This document shows, piece by piece, positions 10,488 through 20,163 of a DNA stretch of 64,000 nucleotides (positions are counted from its first letter, which is position 1; the number at the start of each line of letters is the position of its first letter). The translations under genes were made by a program, and so were the position numbers. The stretch is from contig JBOEGD010000012.1 in assembly GCA_050633245.1 (NCBI GenBank), positions 131,059 to 195,058 on the forward strand. Reading direction: 5' to 3'. This DNA comes from Calditrichia bacterium (GTDB lineage Bacteria; Calditrichota; Calditrichia; RBG-13-44-9; J075). The notes under the pieces were generated by a model that was given only the letters and a program-made list of their open reading frames with translations, was not told the origin of the DNA and made no database searches.

Positions 10488-12428
10488 CTACTCAAAATAG
10501 GCCTCCAGTTCAAACTGCTTCTCTTCAAACTTATTACTGTTTAAATACATATCCTGCCAAATGCATAAACCAGTCAAAAGCCAAAGGTGAAAATAGTGCC
10601 AGCGCATCTTGGGATGCGGAGGAGTATCTAAAATTGCGCGAATATAATCGTAATTGAAAATTCCGTCGCGCTCAACCCGCTTCTTTGTGAGAATGCGCTC
10701 TGCAGTCGGCTTAAGGTCTTTTTGAAACTGCAAATACGAATTAAAGGTGAATCCCCACTTCTTTTTTCGGATAATGCGTTCGGGTAAATAGGGAGTCATG
10801 GCCTTGCGCAGCAGGTATTTGGTTTGCGTACTACGCATCTTCATTTTGGCAGGTATAGAAAATCCCAACTGAACCAAGTCCAGGTCGAGAAACGGGACGC
10901 GTTCTTCTACAGAGTTTGCCATAGACATACGGTCCTCTGTCAGCAGATAGTCATTCACCATCTTGCTCATAAACTCGGCATAGTAGACTTGCTCCAGTGC
11001 TGAACCACGCTTCTTATCGAATAATCCTTCGAACTCATTAATAATCGGTTGGATATTTTCGCTTAGAAACCCCGGAGAATAAATCTGTTTCCAGTGCGAC
11101 CGATCAAAATCCCAGGCATTGCGCAGTATTAAATAGGATTTTACAACATTCCCCGCCGCCAGTCCCATTTGTACGCCTCTACGATATTCATCTGTCGAAA
11201 ATGAGCCAAACTGCGTCTGAAGTGAATATGCCATTGAACTGAAGCGCGAAAGCACGTTTTTTTCCATTCCCGCAGGCACCAGCTTGTGAGAACTGTTTAG
11301 CAAATACATAAAGCGATGAATATCATATCCTGAAAAAAGCTCGTCACCACCAAGTCCTCCGAGAACGACCTTCACATGCTTCCCGACGAAGCGCGACATA
11401 AGGAAACCCTGTAGAAGGTTGATTTTTGGCTCTTCAGCATGCCAAATGACTTCCGGAAACAATCGCATCGGATTTAATTCCATCGTCAGTTCGTGATGAT
11501 CGGTGTCGTAAAACTTGGCCGTTTCACGAGCATCATCCAGCTCATCGGTGGGTTCATTAAATCCCATCGTAAAGGTGCTAATATCCTCCACTCCACATTC
11601 GCGCATCATGGCAACGATAGAGCCGGAATCCATACCTCCGGAAAGGTAAACCCCCAGCGGCACATCGCTCATCAGTTGCCGCTTAACGGCGTGCTTAAGC
11701 ACGTGAGGGATTTCTTCCAGCCAATCGTCTTCCGTACGGGAATGATCAATCTTATATTCAAGCGTGAAAAACGGTCTCTTTTCCTGAATAATTCCATCTT
11801 CGACAATCATGTAGTGTGCCGGTGGTAATCGATAAATATCTTTAAATAGCGTTGCGCTGGATTGGGTGTAGCGAAGATTAACATGATAGTGCAGCGATTG
11901 CTTATTCAGCTCTCTGGGAACGTCCGGGTGCAGCAGAATACACTTCTGCTCAGAGGCAAAAAGAAATCGTCCATTGTGAGCATAATAATGCAGTGGCTTA
12001 ATCCCAAAATGGTCACGCGCGAGCACAAGTTTGTCTTTGCCATCGCGTTTGTCGAGAATAGCAAATGCAAAAATACCGTTCAGGCGCGCAAAGGCATCCA
12101 CCCCCTGGTCTTCGTAGAGGCGCAGCACAACTTCGGTATCGGAGGCCGTCTTGAATACATACCCGCGCTCGGTCAGCTCGTCGCGTAATTCCTGATAGTT
12201 ATAGACTTCACCATTGTAAACGATGCAGAGATCGCGATTGGGAGTAAAAACCGGCTGATCGCCCGTAGCAAGATCGATAATGCTCAATCTGCGATGCCCC
12301 AGGCAAACATCACCATCCTGATGAACACTGAACGCATCGGGACCGCGATGAGCAAGCAACTTTACCATGCGCTTAACCAGTGTTTGATTGTCGCTGCCGC
12401 GCTCAACTATTCCACAAATTCCACACAT
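10488..12428 (-). CDS. asnB: Asparagine synthase (glutamine-hydrolysing)-like amidotransferase of a polysaccharide locus
   Basis: MCGICG, HRGPD, HRRLSIID, NGEVYN, LSGGMDS, GGDELFSGY, ERVPFLD. Confidence 0.93.
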   Translation of the reverse strand: MCGICGIVERGSDNQTLVKRMVKLLAHRGPDAFSVHQDGDVCLGHRRLSIIDLATGDQPVFTPNRDLCIVYNGEVYNYQELRDELTERGYVFKTASDTEVVLRLYEDQGVDAFARLNGIFAFAILDKRDGKDKLVLARDHFGIKPLHYYAHNGRFLFASEQKCILLHPDVPRELNKQSLHYHVNLRYTQSSATLFKDIYRLPPAHYMIVEDGIIQEKRPFFTLEYKIDHSRTEDDWLEEIPHVLKHAVKRQLMSDVPLGVYLSGGMDSGSIVAMMRECGVEDISTFTMGFNEPTDELDDARETAKFYDTDHHELTMELNPMRLFPEVIWHAEEPKINLLQGFLMSRFVGKHVKVVLGGLGGDELFSGYDIHRFMYLLNSSHKLVPAGMEKNVLSRFSSMAYSLQTQFGSFSTDEYRRGVQMGLAAGNVVKSYLILRNAWDFDRSHWKQIYSPGFLSENIQPIINEFEGLFDKKRGSALEQVYYAEFMSKMVNDYLLTEDRMSMANSVEERVPFLDLDLVQLGFSIPAKMKMRSTQTKYLLRKAMTPYLPERIIRKKKWGFTFNSYLQFQKDLKPTAERILTKKRVERDGIFNYDYIRAILDTPPHPKMRWHYFHLWLLTGLCIWQDMYLNSNKFEEKQFELEAYFE

Positions 12429-12487
12429 ATCTTTATCGATGTTCTTTGATTATCAAGCCTTCATATTGCGCTAATTTTCAAGCTGAT

Positions 12488-12933
12488 TCAAGCATTATTT
12501 CTTTGCTCTTCGGCGAACTCGACAGCCGCTTTATTTAATAGACGATAAAGAGAATGATTGTAAATCGCATAAAAAATCGCCATAGAAATAGATAATGCCT
12601 AAAGCATGTCAATAATATGGTCGCGATATAAACACATCGCAATAAAACGAAGCATCACCGAGAAGGCAACCAATACCACCTGAACTTCCTGGCGATTGAT
12701 AACCGAATAGGTTGCGCCCACCGGAGAACTTAAAAAGCGAAAGAACATAACTGGCACAATAATGGCGATATAAATACCTGCCTTGCCGCATCAAACAGAT
12801 ATTCTTCACGAGCACTTTGAAAAACCTCGGCAGAGAGATCAGGATTATCCGCAGCACCGTGTAGCTGCTTCGACCAGCGCAAAAACCGACCGGAGCTGCC
12901 AAGAAGTAGTTGTCGCAGAAATTGACTATTCAT
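12488..12933 (-). pseudogene. Internally deleted Wzx-type oligosaccharide flippase pseudogene
   Basis: N-terminus MNSQFLRQLLLGSSG; another frame gives the flippase-like C-terminus AGIYIAIIVPVMFFRFLSSPVGATYSVINRQEVQVVL...DML*ALSISMAIFY with in-frame TAG at 12599-12601. Confidence 0.7.
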
Positions 12934-13004
12934 ATTTTGTCCCGCCTGTCCGAGCAATTTTAATTAATGTTCCTATCGGAAACAAATTGTTCTTAGATTT
13001 GCAT

Positions 13005-14417
13005 ATGTACTCAGGTTACACCTATATCCTCAACATGTTCAAACGGCTTTATCGCATTCCGCCGGAAATTGCTATTGGCTACGGCGATGAAGAAGCAACC
13101 ATCAATATTATTCCCTGCGAAACAAATTATTTTGAACAACTTGCACCGTTCGATGCTTCAAATTGCGTAAAAAAACAGTGGCAAGATCGCGAATTACCTT
13201 TTCTATTCACCACGTCAGATGCCAATCCTATTTTGACCACAGACTACAATAAAGTAGTTATTCACTATGACATTCTTGCATCCGCATTTTTTTTCATCAG
13301 CGGGTGGCAAGAAAGCGTTTATCACAGTCGCGTTCTGGCACCTCGTTATTCATATGTCGACAGCCTGCAGCACAAACTACAGATTACCGACATTCCGGTG
13401 GTAAATTATTATTTTGACATTCTGGCCAATGCAATAAGACAGCAATATAAGCTGCCGCAAGCTCCCTCACCATGGGGCAATGCCCCCTTTTCGATTTTTT
13501 TGAGCCACGACATCGATCACTGCTATTCCGGTTGGCTTCAGGATGGGGCCCATACTCTGCGTAACGGTAACGTCCTCTCCGCATTGGGAATCGGATTACG
13601 CGCCGCCCGTGGACAACACAGCTGGTTTAACTTCAAACGAATTATCGATGTTGAGGCGGCAAGACAAGCGCAGTCTACATTTTTCTTTATCGGCAGCAAG
13701 GGCAAGGTTTTTCTGGATCAGGCTGCTCTCGATAAAGCTGATGTAAAGGCAGACTTGATCTCATTTTATTCCACCAATTCTGGTGGCGAAAAAAAGAAGC
13801 TGGAGAATGCAGACTACAATCTAAGCTCTGCGAAAATGCGCTCTGTTTGTCATTTTATCCGGGAAGCCGGGAGTGAAGTTGCAATGCATGGGGGGTTTAC
13901 CAGCCATATTAACCCCGAGCTCTTTGCTCGAGAGATGCAGCAATTTGATAAGACAATCAGTGGACATCGCTTTCACTATCTGTATTTCGAACACAACAAA
14001 ACCCCGGCTCTTCTTGACTTTGCAAATATCGGCTATGACGCCACATTAGGCTTTGCGGAAACACCTGGTTTTCGCAACGGGATTGTTCATCCATTTTACC
14101 CCTGGAACGCGGCAAAGCAACAACCACATCGCTTTCTGGAAATCCCGCTAACAATTATGGACACAACTTTCCGCAGCTATACAAATACCCCAAAGGATGA
14201 TATTCTCCCGATTGTAAAGCGGTTTTATGATGAAGCAGCAAGGTTTAATGGCTGTATCAGCGTACTGTGGCACAATAATTACTTTTCTGATTTCAAATAT
14301 GCAGGCTGGCAAAAGGTTTACGAAGACATACTGGATGAAGGACAATCGCGGGGGGCAATGCTGGCAAGCGGTGAACAAATTATGTCCAGGTATAAAAGTT
14401 ACCTGACGGAGCGCTAA
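13005..14417 (+). CDS. Polysaccharide deacetylase-like protein (DUF7033-type N-terminus plus NodB-like barrel)
   Basis: DILASAFFFISGWQE, LSHDIDH, RFHYL, YDATLGF, GFRNG, EIPLTIMDTT, LWHN; start likely ATG 13005 (ORF track 12783). Confidence 0.82.
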   Translation: MYSGYTYILNMFKRLYRIPPEIAIGYGDEEATINIIPCETNYFEQLAPFDASNCVKKQWQDRELPFLFTTSDANPILTTDYNKVVIHYDILASAFFFISGWQESVYHSRVLAPRYSYVDSLQHKLQITDIPVVNYYFDILANAIRQQYKLPQAPSPWGNAPFSIFLSHDIDHCYSGWLQDGAHTLRNGNVLSALGIGLRAARGQHSWFNFKRIIDVEAARQAQSTFFFIGSKGKVFLDQAALDKADVKADLISFYSTNSGGEKKKLENADYNLSSAKMRSVCHFIREAGSEVAMHGGFTSHINPELFAREMQQFDKTISGHRFHYLYFEHNKTPALLDFANIGYDATLGFAETPGFRNGIVHPFYPWNAAKQQPHRFLEIPLTIMDTTFRSYTNTPKDDILPIVKRFYDEAARFNGCISVLWHNNYFSDFKYAGWQKVYEDILDEGQSRGAMLASGEQIMSRYKSYLTER

Positions 14418-14443
14418 AAAACACTCCGCCGGGCAAAAGCTAT

Positions 14444-14668
14444 CTATTTATCTGTTTCTGTTCCGGGCATATTCAATGCTGCACTTTTTTCTGGCAAAAT
14501 TGCCCAGGCAATAAAATAGGTTATCAGCAGCGGAACAATGCCTGTCATAAAACACAGGGCAACGGTTGCAAGACGCAGCAGATTCGAGTCGAGATCAAAA
14601 TATTCTCCAAGTCCGGCAATAACTCCACCGAGCTTGACATCATCTCTTGAACGAGTTAAACGCTTCAT
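14444..14668 (-). CDS. pspC: PspC domain membrane protein
   Basis: KRLTRSRDDVKLGGVIAGLGEYF...YFIAWAILP; GAGGAGG RBS. Confidence 0.88.
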   Translation of the reverse strand: MKRLTRSRDDVKLGGVIAGLGEYFDLDSNLLRLATVALCFMTGIVPLLITYFIAWAILPEKSAALNMPGTETDK

Positions 14669-14758
14669 ATTTCCTCCTCACGCATAATTATATCCATGGA
14701 CCACACCAGCCCATTCTACTTATATAAAACGTAAATCGGGTTAGAATGTTGCGTAATT

Positions 14759-15922
14759 TTATTGTATTTCGGAAGATTTTGTAGCGGGAATGCTAATAAT
14801 AAAGCGCGTGCCCCCTCGAAAGGCGGGGTCAACCCGAATATCACCATTATGCGCTTGAAGCGCCAGCTTGCAGAAGATAAGGCTCAGGCCACGAGTCAGT
14901 TTGAATCCTGCGTCGCGTAATTCTGGCTGGGCAAGTTTAGAGAAGAGCTTTTCGTGAATATCCTTTGGAATAGGCCTCCCCTGGTGAGAGACAGATAGCT
15001 CGATAACTCCTTCATCATTTATCGAAGAACGCACGGTAATTTCGGTATAGTCAGGAGCATTTTTGAACAGAAAGACAAACAGATTATCCAACACGCGCTC
15101 AAACAACGCCTTGTCTACCTGTGGATGTGGCAGAATTCGCGCCAGGTGAAGCACACATTTTTTGTTCACATGCTGCGGGTTATCTTTAAGATATGAAATG
15201 GTTTCACGGAGAAGCTGATGCAGATCTATAGTGCTATACTGTAACTCAAGGGTTTCCTGCTCCAACCGGCTAATATCGAGCAGGTTCAAGATCATTCGAT
15301 GCAGTCCTTTACTACTGCGTTCGATCCGCTGGGCATATTTTTCCTCATCAAAGTTGTTTTCATTTTCACGAACCATGGTCATCATTTGCAGATTGCCCTG
15401 GATAACAAATAGCGGATTTTTCATATCGTGAACGATTAGATTTGTCAGCTCTTTTTTGAGCAGGTTTTCTCGTTCCAGAATCTTTTGCTGCTGAACAAGC
15501 TGCCGATTGCGCTTTAAAAGTGTATCGTGATAGTCCTTAAGTCGAAGTAAAGACTTAACGCGAGCCAGAAGTTCAATGCTATCGAAAGGCTTGGTGACAA
15601 AGTCATCAGCACCTACTTCAAGTGCCTTCAGCTTATCCTTCAGTTCTTTTAAAGCCGTAATCATTATGATAGGGATGTGCATGGTGTCGCTATTGCGTTT
15701 TAAGCGACGACACACCTGATAGCCGTTTAATTTGGGAAGCATTGCATCCAGAAGTACAATATCCGGATTCTCGCTCTTTACTTCCGTTAATGCTTCAAGA
15801 CCATCCTTAGCAGTGAAGAGTTCGTACCCAGCGGGCTTTAGAAAGTATACAAGAAGATCAATACTTTCCTGATTGTCTTCGACAATCAAAATTTTTGCTG
15901 GTCTCCCCTTTCCCTTAACCAT
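14759..15922 (-). CDS. Hybrid REC-HisKA-HATPase protein with degenerate ATP-binding domain
   Basis: REC motifs ILIVEDN, LLDAMLP, KPF; H-box HDMKNP; N/G1/G2 boxes atypical (NLFVFLFKN, SHQGRP, TRGLSL). Confidence 0.88.
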   Translation of the reverse strand: MVKGKGRPAKILIVEDNQESIDLLVYFLKPAGYELFTAKDGLEALTEVKSENPDIVLLDAMLPKLNGYQVCRRLKRNSDTMHIPIIMITALKELKDKLKALEVGADDFVTKPFDSIELLARVKSLLRLKDYHDTLLKRNRQLVQQQKILERENLLKKELTNLIVHDMKNPLFVIQGNLQMMTMVRENENNFDEEKYAQRIERSSKGLHRMILNLLDISRLEQETLELQYSTIDLHQLLRETISYLKDNPQHVNKKCVLHLARILPHPQVDKALFERVLDNLFVFLFKNAPDYTEITVRSSINDEGVIELSVSHQGRPIPKDIHEKLFSKLAQPELRDAGFKLTRGLSLIFCKLALQAHNGDIRVDPAFRGGTRFIISIPATKSSEIQ

Positions 15923-15996
15923 GAAGCTTTCCTCTATAATTGGACTCCAGAACTCCTCTAACTAATGTCTACCATATTCCACAGGAAGCTTAGTCA

Positions 15997-16023
15997 TGTT
16001 CGGCGATTCTATAGGAAACCTTA
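15997..16023 (-). promoter_or_regulatory. Sigma-28 (FliA)-type promoter upstream of the REC-HK gene
   Basis: Minus strand TAAGGTTT-N11-GCCGAACA versus consensus TAAAGTTT-N11-GCCGATAA; exact spacing. Confidence 0.6.
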
Positions 16024-16057
16024 GAAAAAGGATCGATTTGCCGCAACTTTCAGGCGT

Positions 16058-17527
16058 TTAATTTTCGACGCCTTGTTTGCCATAAAGAAGTATTCGCTGC
16101 TGCTCCAGCCAAAGCAACAATAAAATGTCCTCCTGACCCAAGCCGGTTCTCCGGGCAATCTGTGCCAGCGTCAATCCCGCTTTTCGGTGATGGAGAACAG
16201 TGCTGAGCAACTTCTGGGTATTTGACAGCGTCGCCAAAGAATCCTTTAACGGCGCTGCAGAGTCTAAAAGTTTATCTTCTTTCAGTAGCATTCGAATTAG
16301 CTTGTCGACATCGGCTTCAGTTCTTGAGCCTTCATTTTGAAGAGAATGGCTATCACTTTTTTCGGCAGAAAAATCATCTTCCTCAGTTAGATCATAGTGC
16401 CTCGGTTCCTGCAAATAGACGGAAGAGCCCACCGGTTCATAAAAGGTATTTTGATTATCAGAGTCCGAATCATCGACATGTTCTGATGGATTGAAATATC
16501 CCTGGGAATCGCTAACTTGCTCTTCTTCTACCGAAGTATAAGAGGCATCATAAAAATCCTGGTCTGTCGGCACAAATCCCCTGCGATAGGCCTGCTTAAA
16601 GTTCTGATCCCGCTTCCACAGCCAAAGCTGCCAGCCAATTCGCAACAAACAGAGAAGCAGTACGAATGCAATAAAACATATCACAACAGACTGACCGTTT
16701 CCCCAACCTGCTGCCTGCTGTTTTGCCCATGCCGGCATTGCCAGCTGAATAGAGGCAATTCCCTTGCGGTTGAAGCCGCTGATTTCTTCAGGCAGAGCGT
16801 CCTGCTTTGCCAGTTTATGATACTTTTGATAGAGTCGGCGCGCACGTCCCTCATTACCACGACTTCGAAACAAATCCGCCATGGCCTTGTGAACGCCGAT
16901 CGAATCGCAGCCCAATTGAATTGCTTTGCGCAAATTTATCTCAGCCTTAGCAAAATCGCTCCACTGCATGCGAATTTGGCCGGCTTTGAAATAGGCTGTG
17001 GCAAAAAGGCTGTCTTGCTCGAGAACATGTCGATAGCGCTCCATCGCATGAGCCAGCTCGCCCCTGCGCTGTAAGTTGACGCCCATTAGAAATGCCTGTG
17101 TTAGTGGATCACGATATAATGAGTCCATCAACACGATCTCGCTGCGGTGTCCCATAACATTCACCTCAAATGTTACCGGGCCATATAAATACAGAGTCAG
17201 GTGTACCTTGCTTCCAAAGCGAACCAAATGCAAATCGTGCACTGCGGAAAGGGCTGGCACCTCCCACTCCTTTTCGAGTGCGGATGCTTCACCAAACGGT
17301 TCTTCTATTTGACAGAAGATACGAGTTACCGGCGCGTCTGTCTGAGCCTGCATTATTTCCAGTGGGTTATTGGTAACAAAAATCAATCTCGTATGGCGTT
17401 CGGTTTGCGACCAGCGATAGTCCACGCCCATTAAGTCGCTTACAAATCCGAACATCATAACCATAAGAACGACCCAATAGCCAGCCGACCTGCAAGCGTA
17501 GAATCTATCCCTCGCTAACGATTTCAT
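16058..17527 (-). CDS. Membrane-anchored TPR protein with acidic cytoplasmic linker and C-terminal HTH-like motif
   Basis: Hydrophobic N-terminus; TPR-like repeats (AYFKAGQIRMQWSDFAKAEINLRKAI); TM VVICFIAFVLLLCLL; C-terminus GLTLAQIARRTGLGQEDILLLL. Confidence 0.75.
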   Translation of the reverse strand: MKSLARDRFYACRSAGYWVVLMVMMFGFVSDLMGVDYRWSQTERHTRLIFVTNNPLEIMQAQTDAPVTRIFCQIEEPFGEASALEKEWEVPALSAVHDLHLVRFGSKVHLTLYLYGPVTFEVNVMGHRSEIVLMDSLYRDPLTQAFLMGVNLQRRGELAHAMERYRHVLEQDSLFATAYFKAGQIRMQWSDFAKAEINLRKAIQLGCDSIGVHKAMADLFRSRGNEGRARRLYQKYHKLAKQDALPEEISGFNRKGIASIQLAMPAWAKQQAAGWGNGQSVVICFIAFVLLLCLLRIGWQLWLWKRDQNFKQAYRRGFVPTDQDFYDASYTSVEEEQVSDSQGYFNPSEHVDDSDSDNQNTFYEPVGSSVYLQEPRHYDLTEEDDFSAEKSDSHSLQNEGSRTEADVDKLIRMLLKEDKLLDSAAPLKDSLATLSNTQKLLSTVLHHRKAGLTLAQIARRTGLGQEDILLLLWLEQQRILLYGKQGVEN

Positions 17528-18938
17528 TCACCACATCCGTATGATTTTTGGACTTTGCGAGCATTGCTCCATAAGCTGGAAACCGCATTGTTATTCTGCT
17601 ACGACCATTTTCAAGACGGTCTGCGATAACTGCTCCATTGCCTTCCTTGACAAGCAGAGCACAAATAATAATTCCAAAGTTCTCTTCCGATTCCCCATAT
17701 TTTCCGCTGGCACTCAGCGGTTCTTTCAGCTGTCTGCGCAGCGTTTCCGATAGTTCGATACCATCGTCTTCGAAAATGAGAAGGCAATCTCCATCTTGAA
17801 CAGAAGTAGTGATCTTTAATTCACCTCCCCTGCTCAACCGCTTTTTGCAAAATATTAGAAAGGCAACGATTGTTTGGCGCAAGGTTGTTGCACTTATTTG
17901 GGCCGCCGGCATTCCAGTGCCTTTTATCAGCTCAACGTTAATGCCGCGCCGAACTAATTGACTTTCCACTAAGCTAATTGCATAAACCAACACTTGGTTC
18001 AAGTCGGATAGTTTTTTTGTATCCGTTGCGCTTTCCAGAGCAATGTTTTGTAAGCCTTGAACAATGGTAGCAATCCGTATCACCTGCATCTCAACATCTT
18101 CGAGCATAGATGGGTCGTTTTTCAGACGGGCAATTTGAATTTTACCAAGAATAATCTGTAGTGGATTATTTATTTCATGCGCGACGCCTCCGGCAACCTC
18201 GCCGGTGGCAGCCATACGGGCAGCTCTCACCAACATAGACTGCGAACGCGCCAGTTCGAAGTGAGTTGTTTCGAGGTCTTTATACACATACGTGTAGCGA
18301 AGTGCAACCGAGGTTTGCGCGGCTAACATTTCCAACTGGCCCTGAAATGCACCACCAACAGCTTTTTCAGATAATACTGAAAAGACAATCAGCATGCCCC
18401 AGAACTGATTCTCGGAATGTAGAGGGATCAATAAAACGGTACCGGTATCCTCATCCGTTTCGAGAATTTCACGGTAGTTGGTGGCTTTTAACTGGATGGT
18501 TTCACGTTCCGACTCCAGTTTGTTCAGTAAATTGGTTTCACTGAGTTCTTCAAACAGAGCCGGATAGATCGGGTGATTAATCGACCCCAGACTATCCCAT
18601 TTATCCTCAATCTTCAGGAAAGCGCCCGTGCTCTTTATACCACGTAAATCGGTACAGATATCGAGCAGATTACGAATAATCGAATGGTAGTCGAGATGCT
18701 GATTAAGACGATCAGCGATTTGAGTAAGGGGATAGCTGTCAAAGAGATATTCATCTTCACGGGCAAAGCGACGGCGATATTGTGCTATCTCGCGTTTTTG
18801 CCTGCGCACCTCAGCAGCTAGTGATTGAACCTTGGCACCGTGTTCCTTGAGCAACTGCTGTAACTTATATCCGGTGTCATTTTGCTGTGCCGACTTTTCC
18901 GGCTCCGCCATTAGGCGGTTCTTGCTTTTGAAAAACAT
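17505..18938 (-). CDS. Coiled-coil/GAF/HisKA kinase-like protein with degenerate catalytic domain
   Basis: GAF-like LIPLHSENQFWGML; H-box MAATGEVAGGVAHEINNPL; N-box and G2 box not conserved. Confidence 0.82.
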   Translation of the reverse strand: MFFKSKNRLMAEPEKSAQQNDTGYKLQQLLKEHGAKVQSLAAEVRRQKREIAQYRRRFAREDEYLFDSYPLTQIADRLNQHLDYHSIIRNLLDICTDLRGIKSTGAFLKIEDKWDSLGSINHPIYPALFEELSETNLLNKLESERETIQLKATNYREILETDEDTGTVLLIPLHSENQFWGMLIVFSVLSEKAVGGAFQGQLEMLAAQTSVALRYTYVYKDLETTHFELARSQSMLVRAARMAATGEVAGGVAHEINNPLQIILGKIQIARLKNDPSMLEDVEMQVIRIATIVQGLQNIALESATDTKKLSDLNQVLVYAISLVESQLVRRGINVELIKGTGMPAAQISATTLRQTIVAFLIFCKKRLSRGGELKITTSVQDGDCLLIFEDDGIELSETLRRQLKEPLSASGKYGESEENFGIIICALLVKEGNGAVIADRLENGRSRITMRFPAYGAMLAKSKNHTDVVNEIVSEG

Positions 18939-19124
18939 CCTTATTTTCCTTTCGCAAGCAGACTTGGTCCGTCAACTTATCCTTAAGTTCCTCCCGTCCC
19001 GAAGTCGTCCTGTTTATGTAAAATACTTTACTTAGATCACAGTAGCTTTTTTCTTTTTTATCTCCAATTCAACTAATGATTGCTCCGTGAGAGTGTCGGC
19101 TTTTTCGACACCTTTGTCGCGAAT

Positions 19125-19880
19125 TTAAACACTGAATTCTCTTTTGATCATGCGCTTCATACGGTCAATTGTCTCAGAATGTATCTGCGAAATGCGTGAT
19201 TCGGAGACGCTCAGAACCTTACCAATCTCCTTAAAGGTAAGATGCTCATAGTAATATAGTGTAATAGCCAGACGGGACTTTTCCGGAAGCTTTTTGATGA
19301 CCTTAACCAACATGGCCTTCATTTCTTCGTCTTCGATATTCTCAAGCGGACTGGTAGACGATTCGTCTTCTACTGCCTCATAAAGATTGTGATCGTCATA
19401 GTTCGGATTCGGCTTATCCAAGGAAATCATAGAGGTTCGGTTCAACTGGGACTGCCACTGATGATATTCAGCCTCAGTAATACCGAGGTGGCCTGCAATC
19501 GCGCGATCGGTGATTTGACCAGTGCGAGCCTGCTCGAGCTCACCCACTACTTTTTTGATTTTATTGGACTTAGAGCGAAGAGATCGCGGTATCCAGTCCT
19601 GCTTGCGCAGTTCATCAATGATGGCACCGCGGATACGCGGAATTGCGTAGGTCTCGAACTTTATTCCAAAATAAGGATTGTAGCGTTCAAGGGCTTCACT
19701 CAATCCTATAACACCGATATTCACAAGGTCTTCCCGGTCTACATTACCCGGCATCGATTTAAACAGCTTGTTAACAACATAATGAACGAGCCCCAGATAC
19801 TTGTTCATCAACTCATCTCTAAGACCGGCTGTTTTTTCTTCGTAGAATTCTTGCCAGGTTGGATCAACTTGAGCTTTCAT
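19125..19880 (-). CDS. fliA: RNA polymerase sigma factor FliA/WhiG (sigma-28)
   Basis: DLVNIGVIGL, FETYAIPRIRGAIIDELRKQDWIPRS, LTFKEIGKVLSVSESRISQIH. Confidence 0.95.
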   Translation of the reverse strand: MKAQVDPTWQEFYEEKTAGLRDELMNKYLGLVHYVVNKLFKSMPGNVDREDLVNIGVIGLSEALERYNPYFGIKFETYAIPRIRGAIIDELRKQDWIPRSLRSKSNKIKKVVGELEQARTGQITDRAIAGHLGITEAEYHQWQSQLNRTSMISLDKPNPNYDDHNLYEAVEDESSTSPLENIEDEEMKAMLVKVIKKLPEKSRLAITLYYYEHLTFKEIGKVLSVSESRISQIHSETIDRMKRMIKREFSV

Positions 19881-19926
19881 GTAGTCCCTCTTTCCTTGTG
19901 AGTGAAAATTCCTCTGCCAGGAAAGC

Positions 19927-20163
19927 TTAATCCCTTGGGGAATTACTCTCCTGTTCTAATTGTGCTTTCAGTATGCTTACCGAACTTTGGTTCGCTACGA
20001 AATACATAAGCAAAATCAGTACCGAAAAAACCAGATAGATTGTAGCAGCACGAATAAAATTCTCTTCAAGCGGCATTTCCATCTGTGCACCCGATGCAAG
20101 GGAGATAAATAAAATCAGCATTAATAACTTCAACAATAGTCTTGTCATGGGAATAGTCCTCAT
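19927..20163 (-). CDS. Small two-TM membrane protein upstream of fliA
   Basis: 78 aa, two hydrophobic helices, AAGG RBS, co-oriented with the cluster. Confidence 0.65.
   Translation of the reverse strand: MRTIPMTRLLLKLLMLILFISLASGAQMEMPLEENFIRAATIYLVFSVLILLMYFVANQSSVSILKAQLEQESNSPRD

Noticed and set aside
12609-12957. ORF-track peptides 12609..12902 and 12730..12957 as independent genes
   Set aside because: Better explained as out-of-frame pieces of the Wzx pseudogene
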